From Candidatus Peregrinibacteria bacterium (GTDB lineage Bacteria; Patescibacteriota; Gracilibacteria; UBA1369), in NCBI GenBank assembly GCA_963708185.1, contig OY970195.1, positions 1,120,001 to 1,184,000 on the forward strand: a stretch of DNA of 64,000 nucleotides, written 5' to 3'. A program made the position numbers and the translations under genes. Positions within the stretch are counted from its first letter, which is position 1; the number at the start of each line of letters is the position of its first letter. Under the pieces are notes generated by a model. It was not told the DNA's origin, searched no databases, and was given only the letters and a program-made list of their open reading frames with translations. Below are positions 45,176-55,486 of the stretch, in pieces.

Positions 45176-48100
45176 ATGGTAGGTTCTGTCGACAAAAACC
45201 GCGATCAATTACAACTCCTCGAAGAGGAGCGTGCCGTCAAGTTCGACCAAATCGTTGACGACATTTTTTGTGATGAGCGGGCGGGCCTCCATGTCTTTTT
45301 TCAGCGCTCGGAAAATAACGCCCACTTTATTGCCACGCTGATTCAGCTTCATAAGCTCATGGATTCGCAAAGAGTCTTCAACATGTCCCGCGATGAAGAT
45401 GGTTTTGCCGATCCCGAGCAGGTTATCGACGAACTGCTGAAAATTTTCAATGTAGCCAGCGAAGCCGTCAAAAGTGAGAATGACATCGTATTCGTTGAAG
45501 CCAATCTTTCCAAAGAACAGTTCATGGCTTCAATCCAGAGGGGATGTATTGCGATTGCCAGGATGTTTGAAGATTCTTCTTTTAACGCCGAGAGTTATTT
45601 TTTGGATAACGCACGTTCCGATTTTCTCGTGGGATATGCCGGCGAGAGGCCCAGCAACAAGACCCTTCCTCCTCCGGTGCTGGACATCCGCAGTCCTTCA
45701 TCTTCCAAGAGAAATCCCGTCAACATGCCTTCCATCTACGAAAGATCTTCGGACGGAAGAATCATTACCGTAAGTTTTGAACGAGAAAACGCCATCAGGG
45801 AAATGCTCAAAGAAATGGGCGTGAAGATGACCGTCGAAACGTTTCGGGAAGAGGATTCGACCGCCGTGATGATCAAAGAGGTTTGCCGTATCGTCGACAA
45901 CACCCTGCGTACCACGAGCAGACAACTTATCCGCAAGATTCCTTCCAGCGGGCTCGACAGGCTTATTGAACGATCGTTCGATTTCGTCGTCCAGCAGCTT
46001 CAGGATCTTTCGGTGGACCCGAGGAATAAAGACAAAGCCATTCCTCACATCATTCAGTTTTTCTTTAAGCCCGGAAACGAAAGGCTACGTGCCCGACTTG
46101 AGAAAAAGATTAAATTTGAGGTTGAAAAATACATCAGGGAAGTCCACGCCACTCCGAATACCGTCATACCTTCAAAGACTCCGACCAAACGGCCGAGTCA
46201 CGGGTTGGGCATTCCTGTCGCGGCTCCTCTGCAAAGGGTATCTGTCTCAAAATACGAAAAAACGCAGCGTCCTCCCGACTTTGTCCCCGACCCGAGCCTT
46301 GATGGCGAACGAAGTATCGAGGAGATCGTTGATGATTCCCGTGCTTCGCTTGTGTCACCTCCTGTTCCGAACATTGACGCCCCTATCGTTTCAGACGACA
46401 GCGATATCGCAGACGAACCCACCCTGGTTTCACCAGCCCCGGCCCAGCAGCCCGCAGCTTCATCTCCGCGTCAGATGGTCGTCGTACCGCCGCTTGGGGA
46501 GCCGGCACCGGACAACATCGTCCAGCCGAAAGAAGCAACAAGGGTCTTGCCGCCTCTTCACACTGAAGATGAGGACGAAACTCAGACTGCTCCTGTAAAA
46601 GTCGCCTCAAAAGTACCGACTCAAAGGCCTCCGTCTCCGGCTGAAAAAACCCCTTTGCCGCAGTCGACGTTAAGGATGTTCCAGGATCAGCCGGTCATCA
46701 ATTATCGTCCGCAAACCCCTCCGGAACCGACGCCCGCGCCCGTTCCGGCACCGACCGCCGGAGACTCCGCTCAATCCCAAAGAGAATGCCATCCATCACT
46801 CACCCGAAAGGCCCGTTCCAAAAAAACCGGGATTTTTTCCAAAAGCCAGAAAATGGGTTGCCGGGGCCACTCTTGCTGCAGCCGCGGCACTCGGGATTTA
46901 CTCGGTAACACAGACGCAAAGTACCGACAGCCACGACCAATACTCCAACGTTCAGCCGGGGACAACGGCGACGGATAAAAATGTTTCTTCTTCTCCTGCT
47001 TCCACAGCGGCCTCTACAAGTTCCAGTCCCGAATTGGATCAACAAAAGGACCCGAACCAGAACGTTCAATCGACACCCGCTCCTCAAATAACGCATCAAT
47101 CCGACGTTCATGAAAAAGCGACCGAGGTTGCAAAAGTTCTGGGATCACAATCGTACGACCTCGGTGTTTCGTCAGGAGCGAAACCTTTTACCGGAAAAGC
47201 GTCCTTGGTTGAAGGTGGGGTCGATGCAACGGCATTTATCGCTTCAGGTAAAACAAGACCTTCCGACTGGTACGAATCGCAGCAAAAGTCAGCCGAACTC
47301 TTGTTGAAAATTTATGATGCCCATCAGAGCAGGCTCGATAAAGATACAGCGAATTACGTCAAAACCCATGAGTCAATGCTTCGCGATCTCGCTTCACAAT
47401 CGGGTTTTTCGCAGAGCTCCTTTAAATCGGGTTTTGAAAGCCGTTATTCGACCGCCTCTCTTTTTGGGAGCAAAGGCGTTTACAACACTCTCCTCGCCCT
47501 TGAACGCATCGTCGATCTTTACGGAGGCGATGGGGATAAACTGCTCAAAGATTCCGCCGAAGTAAAACTGACGATCGGCAATAAGGTCATGGATTCCGAT
47601 CAAAGATTCGCCAAGGCTGTGGTATTTGCTGCTTCAGCCGCGCCAGCCGCCAATCCTGTTCCGAACAATGCGACTCCGAACAATACCGTTCCCAACAACC
47701 AGGGCGGCACGAACGGCGGGCTACAGCAGAACAGCCCCCAGCAGAATGGAGGCAAAACCGGATTCAACATATTCCAGCCATCGTTTGACCATATTGTCCC
47801 AGGCGTCGTTCCGGCAAATCTCGTACCGGGTTCCGTCCTTGGCTTCTCGGAACCTGAAGGCCAGGTGAAAGACTTCGGAGGCAGCAATAAAGAAAGGTTA
47901 CGCACGGAACTGTACTCGAAAGTCGATAAGCTCTTCGCGAAAGCCAGAACCGACAAGATCCGCCGCGACGCAGAAGCGGCTGAAAAGGCCGCCTTCATAC
48001 AGAAGATGGACCGCCTGAGAGAACAGATTGAAACTTCGGCGGAACTCGATGAGATCGATGCGGGATGGGGAGATACGGACGTTCATGCTTCCAGTGCCGA

Positions 48101-48326
48101 CCACCGCAATGCGACTCCGGATATCGACGTTTCCTATGTCGAGCTTTCTCCGGAAGATCTCGTGGAAGTCGATGATGACACTCCTGAAATCGAAGTGACC
48201 TATGAAGATTTCGATACTGTTTCTCTAGAAGATGAAGGTCCGGAAATTGCCGTTTCCTACTGTGATATCGACCCTGTTGAACTTGCTGAATTCGAAACAT
48301 ATTCCACCAGGATCGAGACGGTTTAG
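45176..48326 (+). pseudogene. Membrane-anchored giant protein split by a +1 frameshift near 46750 (ORFs 45176-46978 and 47034-48326); paralog of 49177-52458
   Basis: Frame of the 47034 ORF is open back to 46674 and encodes KKPGFFPKARKWVAGATLAAAAALGIYSV, matching the TM segment of the paralog; may be a sequencing indel. Confidence 0.7.
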
Positions 48327-48428
48327 GAAGTCTCACACTTGACTTTGTGAAAAATTCATGACAAAATTGGCGACCATTGATTTCGTGGTCACCACGTTTT
48401 CAATGCATGAATTTTTCACTTCAAAGGT

Positions 48429-49061
48429 ATGGTTAATGAAAGAAAAATATGGGAAGTAGCCGAGGAGCAAGTCGAACACAAGGAAAATCCCGAACCTCAA
48501 ACCGTCGTGGATATGGCCGTCCAGCATGTTCGAAAACTCATTGAGGCTTTTCAGCGGGAAGTCGATCCGGCGAACCCGTACGCAGGAAAACTTGTCGATA
48601 ACGTTCCGGGCGCTGAGTCTGCAGAAGTTCCTCTCCTGGAGGCTCGACTCTACGTTGTCGACGATGAAATTTTAAACCAAACCGCTGTCCGAAGGATCCT
48701 GAGCAGGAAAAAATTTTCCCGTATTCAAACTTTCGCGAACGGACGTGAAGTTCTTGAAGCAATGTACAAAGACGGAGAACTGGCGGAAGTCCCGCATCTT
48801 ATTTTCAGCGACACCAACATGCCGGGCATGGGAGGCACGGAACTTGCTGAAAAAATTCAGCAGATCGACCCGGCCGTCAGGCCAAGGTTCATCGCCATGA
48901 CCGGGAACGTCCATGCCGAAAACATTAAAAAGTATGTGGAATTGGGAATTCCCGTCCTGGAAAAGCCCTTCAATTTTACCGATGTTTTAGCTCTGGTCGT
49001 GCAGGAACTGCGCAACCATCAGGGTTTTAAGGCTGAATCAAGTACGGTTGAAAAAGAGTAA
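48429..49061 (+). CDS. Single-domain response regulator (receiver) with N-terminal extension
   Basis: VVDDE, IFSDTNMPGMGG (phospho-Asp), AMTG, LEKPF. Confidence 0.88.
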   Translation: MVNERKIWEVAEEQVEHKENPEPQTVVDMAVQHVRKLIEAFQREVDPANPYAGKLVDNVPGAESAEVPLLEARLYVVDDEILNQTAVRRILSRKKFSRIQTFANGREVLEAMYKDGELAEVPHLIFSDTNMPGMGGTELAEKIQQIDPAVRPRFIAMTGNVHAENIKKYVELGIPVLEKPFNFTDVLALVVQELRNHQGFKAESSTVEKE

Positions 49062-49116
49062 TGTTTCCGTACTTTTTTCGTTATACTTTGTGCTTGGAAT
49101 TTTGCAGAAAGCACTA

Positions 49117-49144
49117 TTGACAAAATCGTAAATTTTGTTATTAT
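49117..49144 (+). promoter_or_regulatory. Sigma70-type promoter
   Basis: TTGACA-N16-TATTAT with TG extension. Confidence 0.55.
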
Positions 49145-49176
49145 AACTTACCTATCAAATTTAATTATTTTCTCCC

Positions 49177-52100
49177 ATGATGACTGGTCCAACATTAGGA
49201 AACAACTCAGCCGAACAAGAAAAACCGAAAAACGAGCAATTGTTCGATGCTCTTCAGATCAATATCGTGGAACTCGGCGAGGAAGCTCGCTTGAGAGGCC
49301 TGTTCTTTTCTTTCTCTGACTTGAGAGAACTTGCCTCGGTTCCGGGAGATCTCCATGAGTTTTCCCTTGACGTCAGGAACGGCAACCTGTCCAACGACGA
49401 GGTTGTTGAAAAGCTTGAAAATATCTGCGTGAAGGCCCTGAAATCGCTCGGAAGAGTGAGCGATGTCATGCTCCAGCAAAAGGGGACAACCTACACTTCC
49501 GCCCGCAGCGCCATCATCAAACATTTTTACAAGATGTCGCGCAATTTCGGCGTTCAGCTTGAACTGAGTTCACGTCTGGATAAATGGAGCAAAGAGTTTC
49601 CTCACTCAGAGGACCCGAAAGAACAAACTTTCCAGGAACAGAAGGAAGAAGCCTTCAAATCAGTTGATTCAAGGTTCGGGACCATGTACGCCACTGTTAC
49701 CAAAGAACAAGGCTACGATTCCAAAAAAGTCGTCGATGGATGTTTGAAACATATCGACGAGATCATGGTCGGACACAGCGGTGCTCTGGCTAACTTTTTC
49801 GGAGTGGCACATAACTTTACGCTCGCTCCTTACGAGAAAGAGAAAAGAGTAACTCTCATGAAGGAGAAACTGAAAACGATGGTTGAAGATGCACTTGTGC
49901 GGGATGCCAGAAAAGCCACCGGCGTTGTTTTTGAAAAACTCGCCAACGAGTTCCTTCTTTCCGATCAAACCGTACAAGGTTCAACCGCCGCGAGCATTGC
50001 CGAGATGATGATTACCCGCGCCATCAACAAGAGAGCGAAATCTTCGAACGGTAAATATGAAGAATACAAACCTCTCGCGTACTATTGGCCTTCGGACGTT
50101 TCGGAACATCGCGATGTCATCGAACTTTACCAGGACCTTATTTACCTGACTCAAAGGAAATGGGGAGCTGCTCTCCACAATGAAAAAAATTCCGCGGAGC
50201 GTTTTGAAAAAGCACGCGTGAGAATCGATAACGACCCCGAGTATTTTGAAGGGTACAAAGCTCCGAAACCGCACCTTGTGCGTGACGAACAGACCCCTGA
50301 AACGGTACGCGAAGGAACTAAAAATGCTGCCCAGCAAAACGGCGGCGCACATACGGCTCCTACCCCGCAGGAACTCGTTGTGAGTGGAGAGGGTACCGGC
50401 TTGATAGACATCGCCGCTTTGCGTGCTCAACAAAAACAGCAAGCTGTTGCCGCCAAGGTTGGATCCGGCAATCCTGAAAATTACAGCCACAGTGTCGTTG
50501 CCACTCCCGCACCGACAAGAACTCCCTCCGCTCCTCAACCTGATAAAAAAGTTATTGTCGCCGATCCTTCCGTCGTTATTGAAAACCGTGGTGAACGCAG
50601 AACCATTCCCGAAATCCGTTCTGCGCGCACTGCCGTGGAACAGGCTCAAACGGAACCTCAGCCACTGCCGGTGCCTGACCAGCGTCCTCAACGTCCGGAC
50701 ATCCAGTTCCCGAAACAGGACCAGGAAATTACCCAAACCAGCCAGCACAACAAGGCGCGCAAAGGACGCTTTTCAACCTGGGTCAGACGCGGCATGTTTG
50801 CCGTAGCCGCAGCCCTGGGCATCAGCGTAGCCGGCGCCGCCGCTTACAAAGCTTACAACGCCCACGAAGGAAAAACCGCTTCTTCCGAAGTGGCAAAGAA
50901 TCCTGCCGCGGCGAAGACTTCGGTCGCACCTTCGACGAAAGCCACCACCGCACCGGTTTCTCCTCAGGATACTTCAGCTGTCAGTTCCAAACCGACCGCT
51001 GCTCCTTCCGCCGTAGCCGTCAATCCTGTCCCGGCTCCGAACGTGAGCTCAACATCCGGCGTCCAGGAAACCGCGCCAAAGGTCACTTCCGTTCTCGGCT
51101 CGTACTCCTACGACCTTGGCACGTCGAACGGAGCCAAGGCTTTCACCGGCATCGCTTCCATGGTTGAAGGCGGCGTCGATGCGACACCTTTTGCCACAAA
51201 CGAGAAAACTCCGACCTGGTACCAGAGCCAACAGAAAGCCGCCCAGGTTTTGATGGAGATTTACGATAAAGACCAGTCCAGACTCGACAAAAATACCGTC
51301 GACTTCGTAAAGACCCACGAAAAGATGGTTCGTGAACTTTCTTCACAAACACTGTTTTCCGCCAGCCAGTTCAAAGCCAATTTTGAAAATCATTATGGAC
51401 CTCAGGCTTTATACGGAAGCAAAGGCGTCTACAACAGACTGCTCGCTCTTGAACGCATCATGGATCTTTACGGCAACGATACCGTAAGGATGCAAAAAGA
51501 TTCGGCTAAAATCCAACTTTCACTCGGTGGAAGAATGGCCGCTCCCGATGAAAGATTTGCAAAAGCCGTCGTTCTTGAAGCTCCTCCATCCAACGATCCT
51601 GCCCCGCAAAACGTCGCTCCGAACAACGGAGGACAACAACAAAACGCCCCTCAGCAGAACGGCAAGAGCGGATTCAATATGTATCAGCAGGCTCCTCACA
51701 ACGTTGTTCCGGGAACCATGCCTGTGAACGTCGCTCCGGGACTTGCTCCGGTTGATTCCAAATACGCTGACGCCATACCTTCCAAGTTTCGTCCAAATTC
51801 AAGTTCGAACGTACGGACCAAGTTCCTCGACGACTGGAAAGCTCGCGAAGCCAAGAAAGTTGAAGACGCAAAAGTCGCCGCCAATCTTCTCAGGATGCGT
51901 GAAGACATTCTGGCTTCCAACGCCGCGGACATGGCTCAAAAAGCTGCCGGAGAGCGCAAAGCCATCGCTGCTATCAACGAACTGAGAGATCAGATCAACG
52001 CTGCCGAGAAGGCTGAAAAAGAGGCGAAAGTCGCCGCCAAGAAAGCGGCCCTCCGCTCCGAACTCGACACGAAGATGGAAAAACTTTTTGCAAGAACCAA

Positions 52101-52458
52101 GCAGCGCGAACTTGAACGCGCCAACGGTCCGGCACTCGATATCCAGAAAACCTATCATGTGACTCCTTCACAGAAGAGCATTAAATTCGTGCTCGCACAC
52201 CAGATCGAGGCCAGCAGGCTGAGTCCTGAAGCGAAGGAAGCGGCGAAGGTCGCCGTCCAGGAAATGATCAGAAGCAATGGCGCGTTCATCGAAAGCTACA
52301 AAATGAACCGTGACGGTAGCCGCGACCTGACGTTGAAAGACGAATGGATCGCCCAGTTGAACAAAGCTGCCGGCATCCAGGCCGCAGTAACCACAGAAGT
52401 TGAACTTACCGACTCCGATATTATCGGGGTTATTGAACCTGGAGCAAAAGCTGCATAA
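49177..52458 (+). CDS. Membrane-anchored giant orphan protein
   Basis: 1093 aa; central TM (GMFAVAAALGISVAGAAAY), Ser/Thr/Pro/Ala linker, domain shared with the 47034 ORF. Confidence 0.85.
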   Translation: MMTGPTLGNNSAEQEKPKNEQLFDALQINIVELGEEARLRGLFFSFSDLRELASVPGDLHEFSLDVRNGNLSNDEVVEKLENICVKALKSLGRVSDVMLQQKGTTYTSARSAIIKHFYKMSRNFGVQLELSSRLDKWSKEFPHSEDPKEQTFQEQKEEAFKSVDSRFGTMYATVTKEQGYDSKKVVDGCLKHIDEIMVGHSGALANFFGVAHNFTLAPYEKEKRVTLMKEKLKTMVEDALVRDARKATGVVFEKLANEFLLSDQTVQGSTAASIAEMMITRAINKRAKSSNGKYEEYKPLAYYWPSDVSEHRDVIELYQDLIYLTQRKWGAALHNEKNSAERFEKARVRIDNDPEYFEGYKAPKPHLVRDEQTPETVREGTKNAAQQNGGAHTAPTPQELVVSGEGTGLIDIAALRAQQKQQAVAAKVGSGNPENYSHSVVATPAPTRTPSAPQPDKKVIVADPSVVIENRGERRTIPEIRSARTAVEQAQTEPQPLPVPDQRPQRPDIQFPKQDQEITQTSQHNKARKGRFSTWVRRGMFAVAAALGISVAGAAAYKAYNAHEGKTASSEVAKNPAAAKTSVAPSTKATTAPVSPQDTSAVSSKPTAAPSAVAVNPVPAPNVSSTSGVQETAPKVTSVLGSYSYDLGTSNGAKAFTGIASMVEGGVDATPFATNEKTPTWYQSQQKAAQVLMEIYDKDQSRLDKNTVDFVKTHEKMVRELSSQTLFSASQFKANFENHYGPQALYGSKGVYNRLLALERIMDLYGNDTVRMQKDSAKIQLSLGGRMAAPDERFAKAVVLEAPPSNDPAPQNVAPNNGGQQQNAPQQNGKSGFNMYQQAPHNVVPGTMPVNVAPGLAPVDSKYADAIPSKFRPNSSSNVRTKFLDDWKAREAKKVEDAKVAANLLRMREDILASNAADMAQKAAGERKAIAAINELRDQINAAEKAEKEAKVAAKKAALRSELDTKMEKLFARTKQRELERANGPALDIQKTYHVTPSQKSIKFVLAHQIEASRLSPEAKEAAKVAVQEMIRSNGAFIESYKMNRDGSRDLTLKDEWIAQLNKAAGIQAAVTTEVELTDSDIIGVIEPGAKAA

Positions 52459-52476
52459 AACAATAATGAGATTCTC

Positions 52477-52506
52477 GAAAAGGTGTCCGAACGGGCACCT
52501 TTTTTC
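52477..52506. terminator. Bidirectional intrinsic terminator
   Basis: GAAAAGGTGTCC-GAAC-GGGCACCTTTTTTC between convergent genes. Confidence 0.7.
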
Positions 52507-52549
52507 GTTCGTTCGTGTTCACCATGATGCATCCGGCCAGTACGTAAAT

Positions 52550-53326
52550 TTAGACCGGGAATCGCGGATTATGGAGGTGTTTCTGGAGTTTGCGATAATC
52601 AGGACAATGGGCCTCCACAAGCCCGTAAAAAGCCCCGGAATGGTTCATGTGAACCGTATGCGCCAATTCATGGATGATGACCGACTCGGTGACGGCAAGC
52701 GGGAGTAAAACAAGTCGCCAGTTGAAGTTGAGATTCTTCTCGATCGTACAGCTCCCCCAGCGTGTCTTTTGGGCCCTTATGGTGATTTTGCTGAAAGATA
52801 CCCCCATCTGACCGGCCAACGTTGCCGTGCGCCTCAGGAAGTATTTCTCTGCCACCCTGCGGAGATACTTTTCGAGAGTTTTTTTTACTTCCTTCATGGT
52901 GCCGGCGCAATACACGTGAAGTTCGGCATTGCCCGGTACTGCGACGTCCTGTTCAAAGGTAAGATTCTGAACCCTTTTGACGAACGGCTTCTTTTTTGAA
53001 TTTTCGATAATTTTTATCCGGTGAGGAATGCCAAGAAGCATGATGGTCGAACCATCGCGGAGTTCCTGCGTTTTCTGAAGTTTTTTCCTGGATTCGAGCC
53101 TGGTGAACTGCCTGATGATCCATTGTTCGTGTTCAGCGATAATTTCTTCAAGGTGACTCACGCTGAAACGGCGAGGCACGACAACCTCCAGGCCATTTTT
53201 GAGGCTTACTTTAAAGCGTACCGTCCGGGCCATTGAGCTCTGAATGAGCGTGTAGTCGAAATTTTTCCCGTTCAGCCTCGTGGTCCGCCCCGTCCTGATT
53301 CTTTCCAAAGTCTTGCGTCGAAACAT
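52550..53326 (-). CDS. YgjP/DUF45 (M48-like) zinc-dependent hydrolase
   Basis: QKTRWGSC, LNFNWRL, HELAH..HMNHS. Confidence 0.88.
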   Translation of the reverse strand: MFRRKTLERIRTGRTTRLNGKNFDYTLIQSSMARTVRFKVSLKNGLEVVVPRRFSVSHLEEIIAEHEQWIIRQFTRLESRKKLQKTQELRDGSTIMLLGIPHRIKIIENSKKKPFVKRVQNLTFEQDVAVPGNAELHVYCAGTMKEVKKTLEKYLRRVAEKYFLRRTATLAGQMGVSFSKITIRAQKTRWGSCTIEKNLNFNWRLVLLPLAVTESVIIHELAHTVHMNHSGAFYGLVEAHCPDYRKLQKHLHNPRFPV

Positions 53327-53383
53327 AGTTGTGGTAAATCTCGGGAACTGCTAAAGTTTCTGGTGGCATTTTGCCCGCATTTT

Positions 53384-53620
53384 ATGAAACATCCAACTCG
53401 AAATTTCCAGGAATTCCTGAAAAGTCCGCTCGGAACCATCATTATTTTCGTGATATTGTTTTACGTGATAACCTTCGCCGTTTATTATTTTTACAGCCCG
53501 GGACCTGAAGAACGACAACAGGCATCCCTGGAGCTGCAAAACCGCACGTCAAGCCAGCAGATTCAAGATGTTGTCAGCCCGGCCCAACAAAGCGGCGTGA
53601 CCCAGCAAGCACCCGGGTGA
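53384..53620 (+). CDS. Small membrane protein
   Basis: Single TM helix (IIIFVILFYVITFAVYYFY) and Gln-rich tail. Confidence 0.55.
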   Translation: MKHPTRNFQEFLKSPLGTIIIFVILFYVITFAVYYFYSPGPEERQQASLELQNRTSSQQIQDVVSPAQQSGVTQQAPG

Positions 53621-53663
53621 CACTCTTTTCCAGTTTATTCTTAATATTTTCTCATTCTTATCT

Positions 53664-54110
53664 ATGGCACTGAAACACCAGATCCAAAAAGACATGCTTG
53701 ACGCCATGAAGGCTCACGATGAAGTGAAAGTTTCGACGCTCCGCATGCTGAAAGCCGCCATCCTCAAATACGAGGTTTCAGGAGAACGCAAAGAAGCTAC
53801 CGACGAAACCGTACTCAATCTTATCGGCAAAGAGGTAAAATCCCGCAGAGATTCGGTCGAACAGTTCAGAGCTGGGAATCGTCCGGAAATGGCCGAAAAA
53901 GAAGAACAGGAGATTGCCGTACTGCTGGAGTACATGCCTCCGCAAATGAGCGAGGATGAGTTGAAAAAAATTGCCCAAGAGGTCATCGCTTCGATGGGAG
54001 CAAAATCCAAAGCGGAACTCGGGAAAGTTATGGGGGTTATGATGGGAAAAGTGAAAGGCATGGCCGACGGCGACCTCGTGAGCAAAGTCGTTAAAGAACT
54101 TTTGCCTTAA
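53664..54110 (+). CDS. yqeY: GatB/YqeY domain protein
   Basis: DMLDAMKA..TLRMLKAAI..RRDSVEQF..YMPPQMSE. Confidence 0.92.
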   Translation: MALKHQIQKDMLDAMKAHDEVKVSTLRMLKAAILKYEVSGERKEATDETVLNLIGKEVKSRRDSVEQFRAGNRPEMAEKEEQEIAVLLEYMPPQMSEDELKKIAQEVIASMGAKSKAELGKVMGVMMGKVKGMADGDLVSKVVKELLP

Positions 54111-54137
54111 GGGAAGCGGTCTTTACGGTTTTCCTCC

Positions 54138-54680
54138 ATGAAAATTTATACCAAAACGGGCGACGCAGGAGAGACCAGCCTTGTTGGAGGGGTTCGTTTG
54201 AAGAAAAATTCCGCGCGCATCAAAGCGTACGGAGACATAGATGAGCTGAGCGCCGTTTTGGGGCTTTGCCGCGCTCAAAACAACCATGAGAAAATAGAGG
54301 AAATCCTTCACCGGCTGCAGGTAGATCTTTTTGATCTCGGAGCCGACCTGGCCACCCCGCTGGATTCGAAAGTGCCGGTTCCCAGGGTTCAGGAAGCTCA
54401 GGTCTCACAACTCGAACAATGGATAGATTTTTTTGATGCAAAAGTCGATCCTCTCAAGAATTTTATCCTGCCGGGAGGAAATCTGCCCGCTGCGCAGCTC
54501 CATGTCGCCCGGGCGGTTTGCCGAAGAGCGGAACGTTCACTTGTGACCCTGGACGGAAGTGAACGTATCAACAAGACAACGGTGAAGTACATCAACCGTC
54601 TCAGCGATCTTTTGTTCATGATGGCGAGGTTTTCCAACAAGCTGTCTGGAACTGAAGAGGAGATTTGGAAAAGGCTTTGA
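54138..54680 (+). CDS. pduO: PduO-type corrinoid adenosyltransferase
   Basis: KIYTKTGDAGET, LFDLGADLATP, FILPGG, RAVCRRAER, NRLSDLLF. Confidence 0.92.
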   Translation: MKIYTKTGDAGETSLVGGVRLKKNSARIKAYGDIDELSAVLGLCRAQNNHEKIEEILHRLQVDLFDLGADLATPLDSKVPVPRVQEAQVSQLEQWIDFFDAKVDPLKNFILPGGNLPAAQLHVARAVCRRAERSLVTLDGSERINKTTVKYINRLSDLLFMMARFSNKLSGTEEEIWKRL

Positions 54681-54793
54681 GTCACAGGTGTTTAAGCTAT
54701 TGACATTTAGTTGCGAGTGTGTTTTAATATACTCTCGTGTAATGGTTCTTTCTTTTTTACCTTTTCATTTACAACAATATATCTTTCCTCAAT

Positions 54794-55486
54794 ATGATGA
54801 AAAAACCTGAACAATTTGGCCAAGAGCAGGCTCAAAAGAGCCCTTCATTGAAAGCTGATTCAAGAGCGAACATTAACGCTCGACGCTTTTTTATCGCCCA
54901 GGCCGTCCTTTCCGCGGCACTCGCCGTCCAGGGATGCGCAGCCGATCAATTTACCGTCGGCCCTTCTGATGACGGAGGAGATGAAACAACCATGATTGAC
55001 GATGGAGGCATCGACAGCAATGTCGACGCACTGCCTGATACCGACGCGAACTTTGACGGTGAAAGCGGTGACGTGAAGGACGCCGCTCCGGTTTACGGTC
55101 TTTCCAATGATCCCAACAAGAACGGATGCGTGAAGTGGATGACCGCCAAGCTGGGAGTGGTCCAGGACGCTTCTCCTGATGATAACAACTGTGACCCCAA
55201 GCCTTACGGAGTTTTGCCTTTAAATAAATCCTACGATCTTTACATCTGGGACAAAGACGGTAAAAGCAACGAGGTCGCTTTTACGACCTCCCTCGGCACT
55301 ACGACGTTATCGACGAAATGCAGCAGCTTCAACATTCCTCCAAAAAACAGTGAAATGCTGGCTGAAATGTACGCTGCCGGATACTCTTCCACACCAAACA
55401 AGAGCACGCCTCCAGCTGTTGACCTCAGCAACGGAGGATGCCCCGACGCAGGCGCTGCCGCTTACGTCATTCACATTGCCCCTTAA
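54794..55486 (+). CDS. Putative lipoprotein with twin-arginine-like signal and Asp/Gly-rich stalk
   Basis: ARRFF, hydrophobic stretch, lipobox VQG-C48; DDGG/DA repeats; four further Cys. Confidence 0.65.
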   Translation: MMKKPEQFGQEQAQKSPSLKADSRANINARRFFIAQAVLSAALAVQGCAADQFTVGPSDDGGDETTMIDDGGIDSNVDALPDTDANFDGESGDVKDAAPVYGLSNDPNKNGCVKWMTAKLGVVQDASPDDNNCDPKPYGVLPLNKSYDLYIWDKDGKSNEVAFTTSLGTTTLSTKCSSFNIPPKNSEMLAEMYAAGYSSTPNKSTPPAVDLSNGGCPDAGAAAYVIHIAP

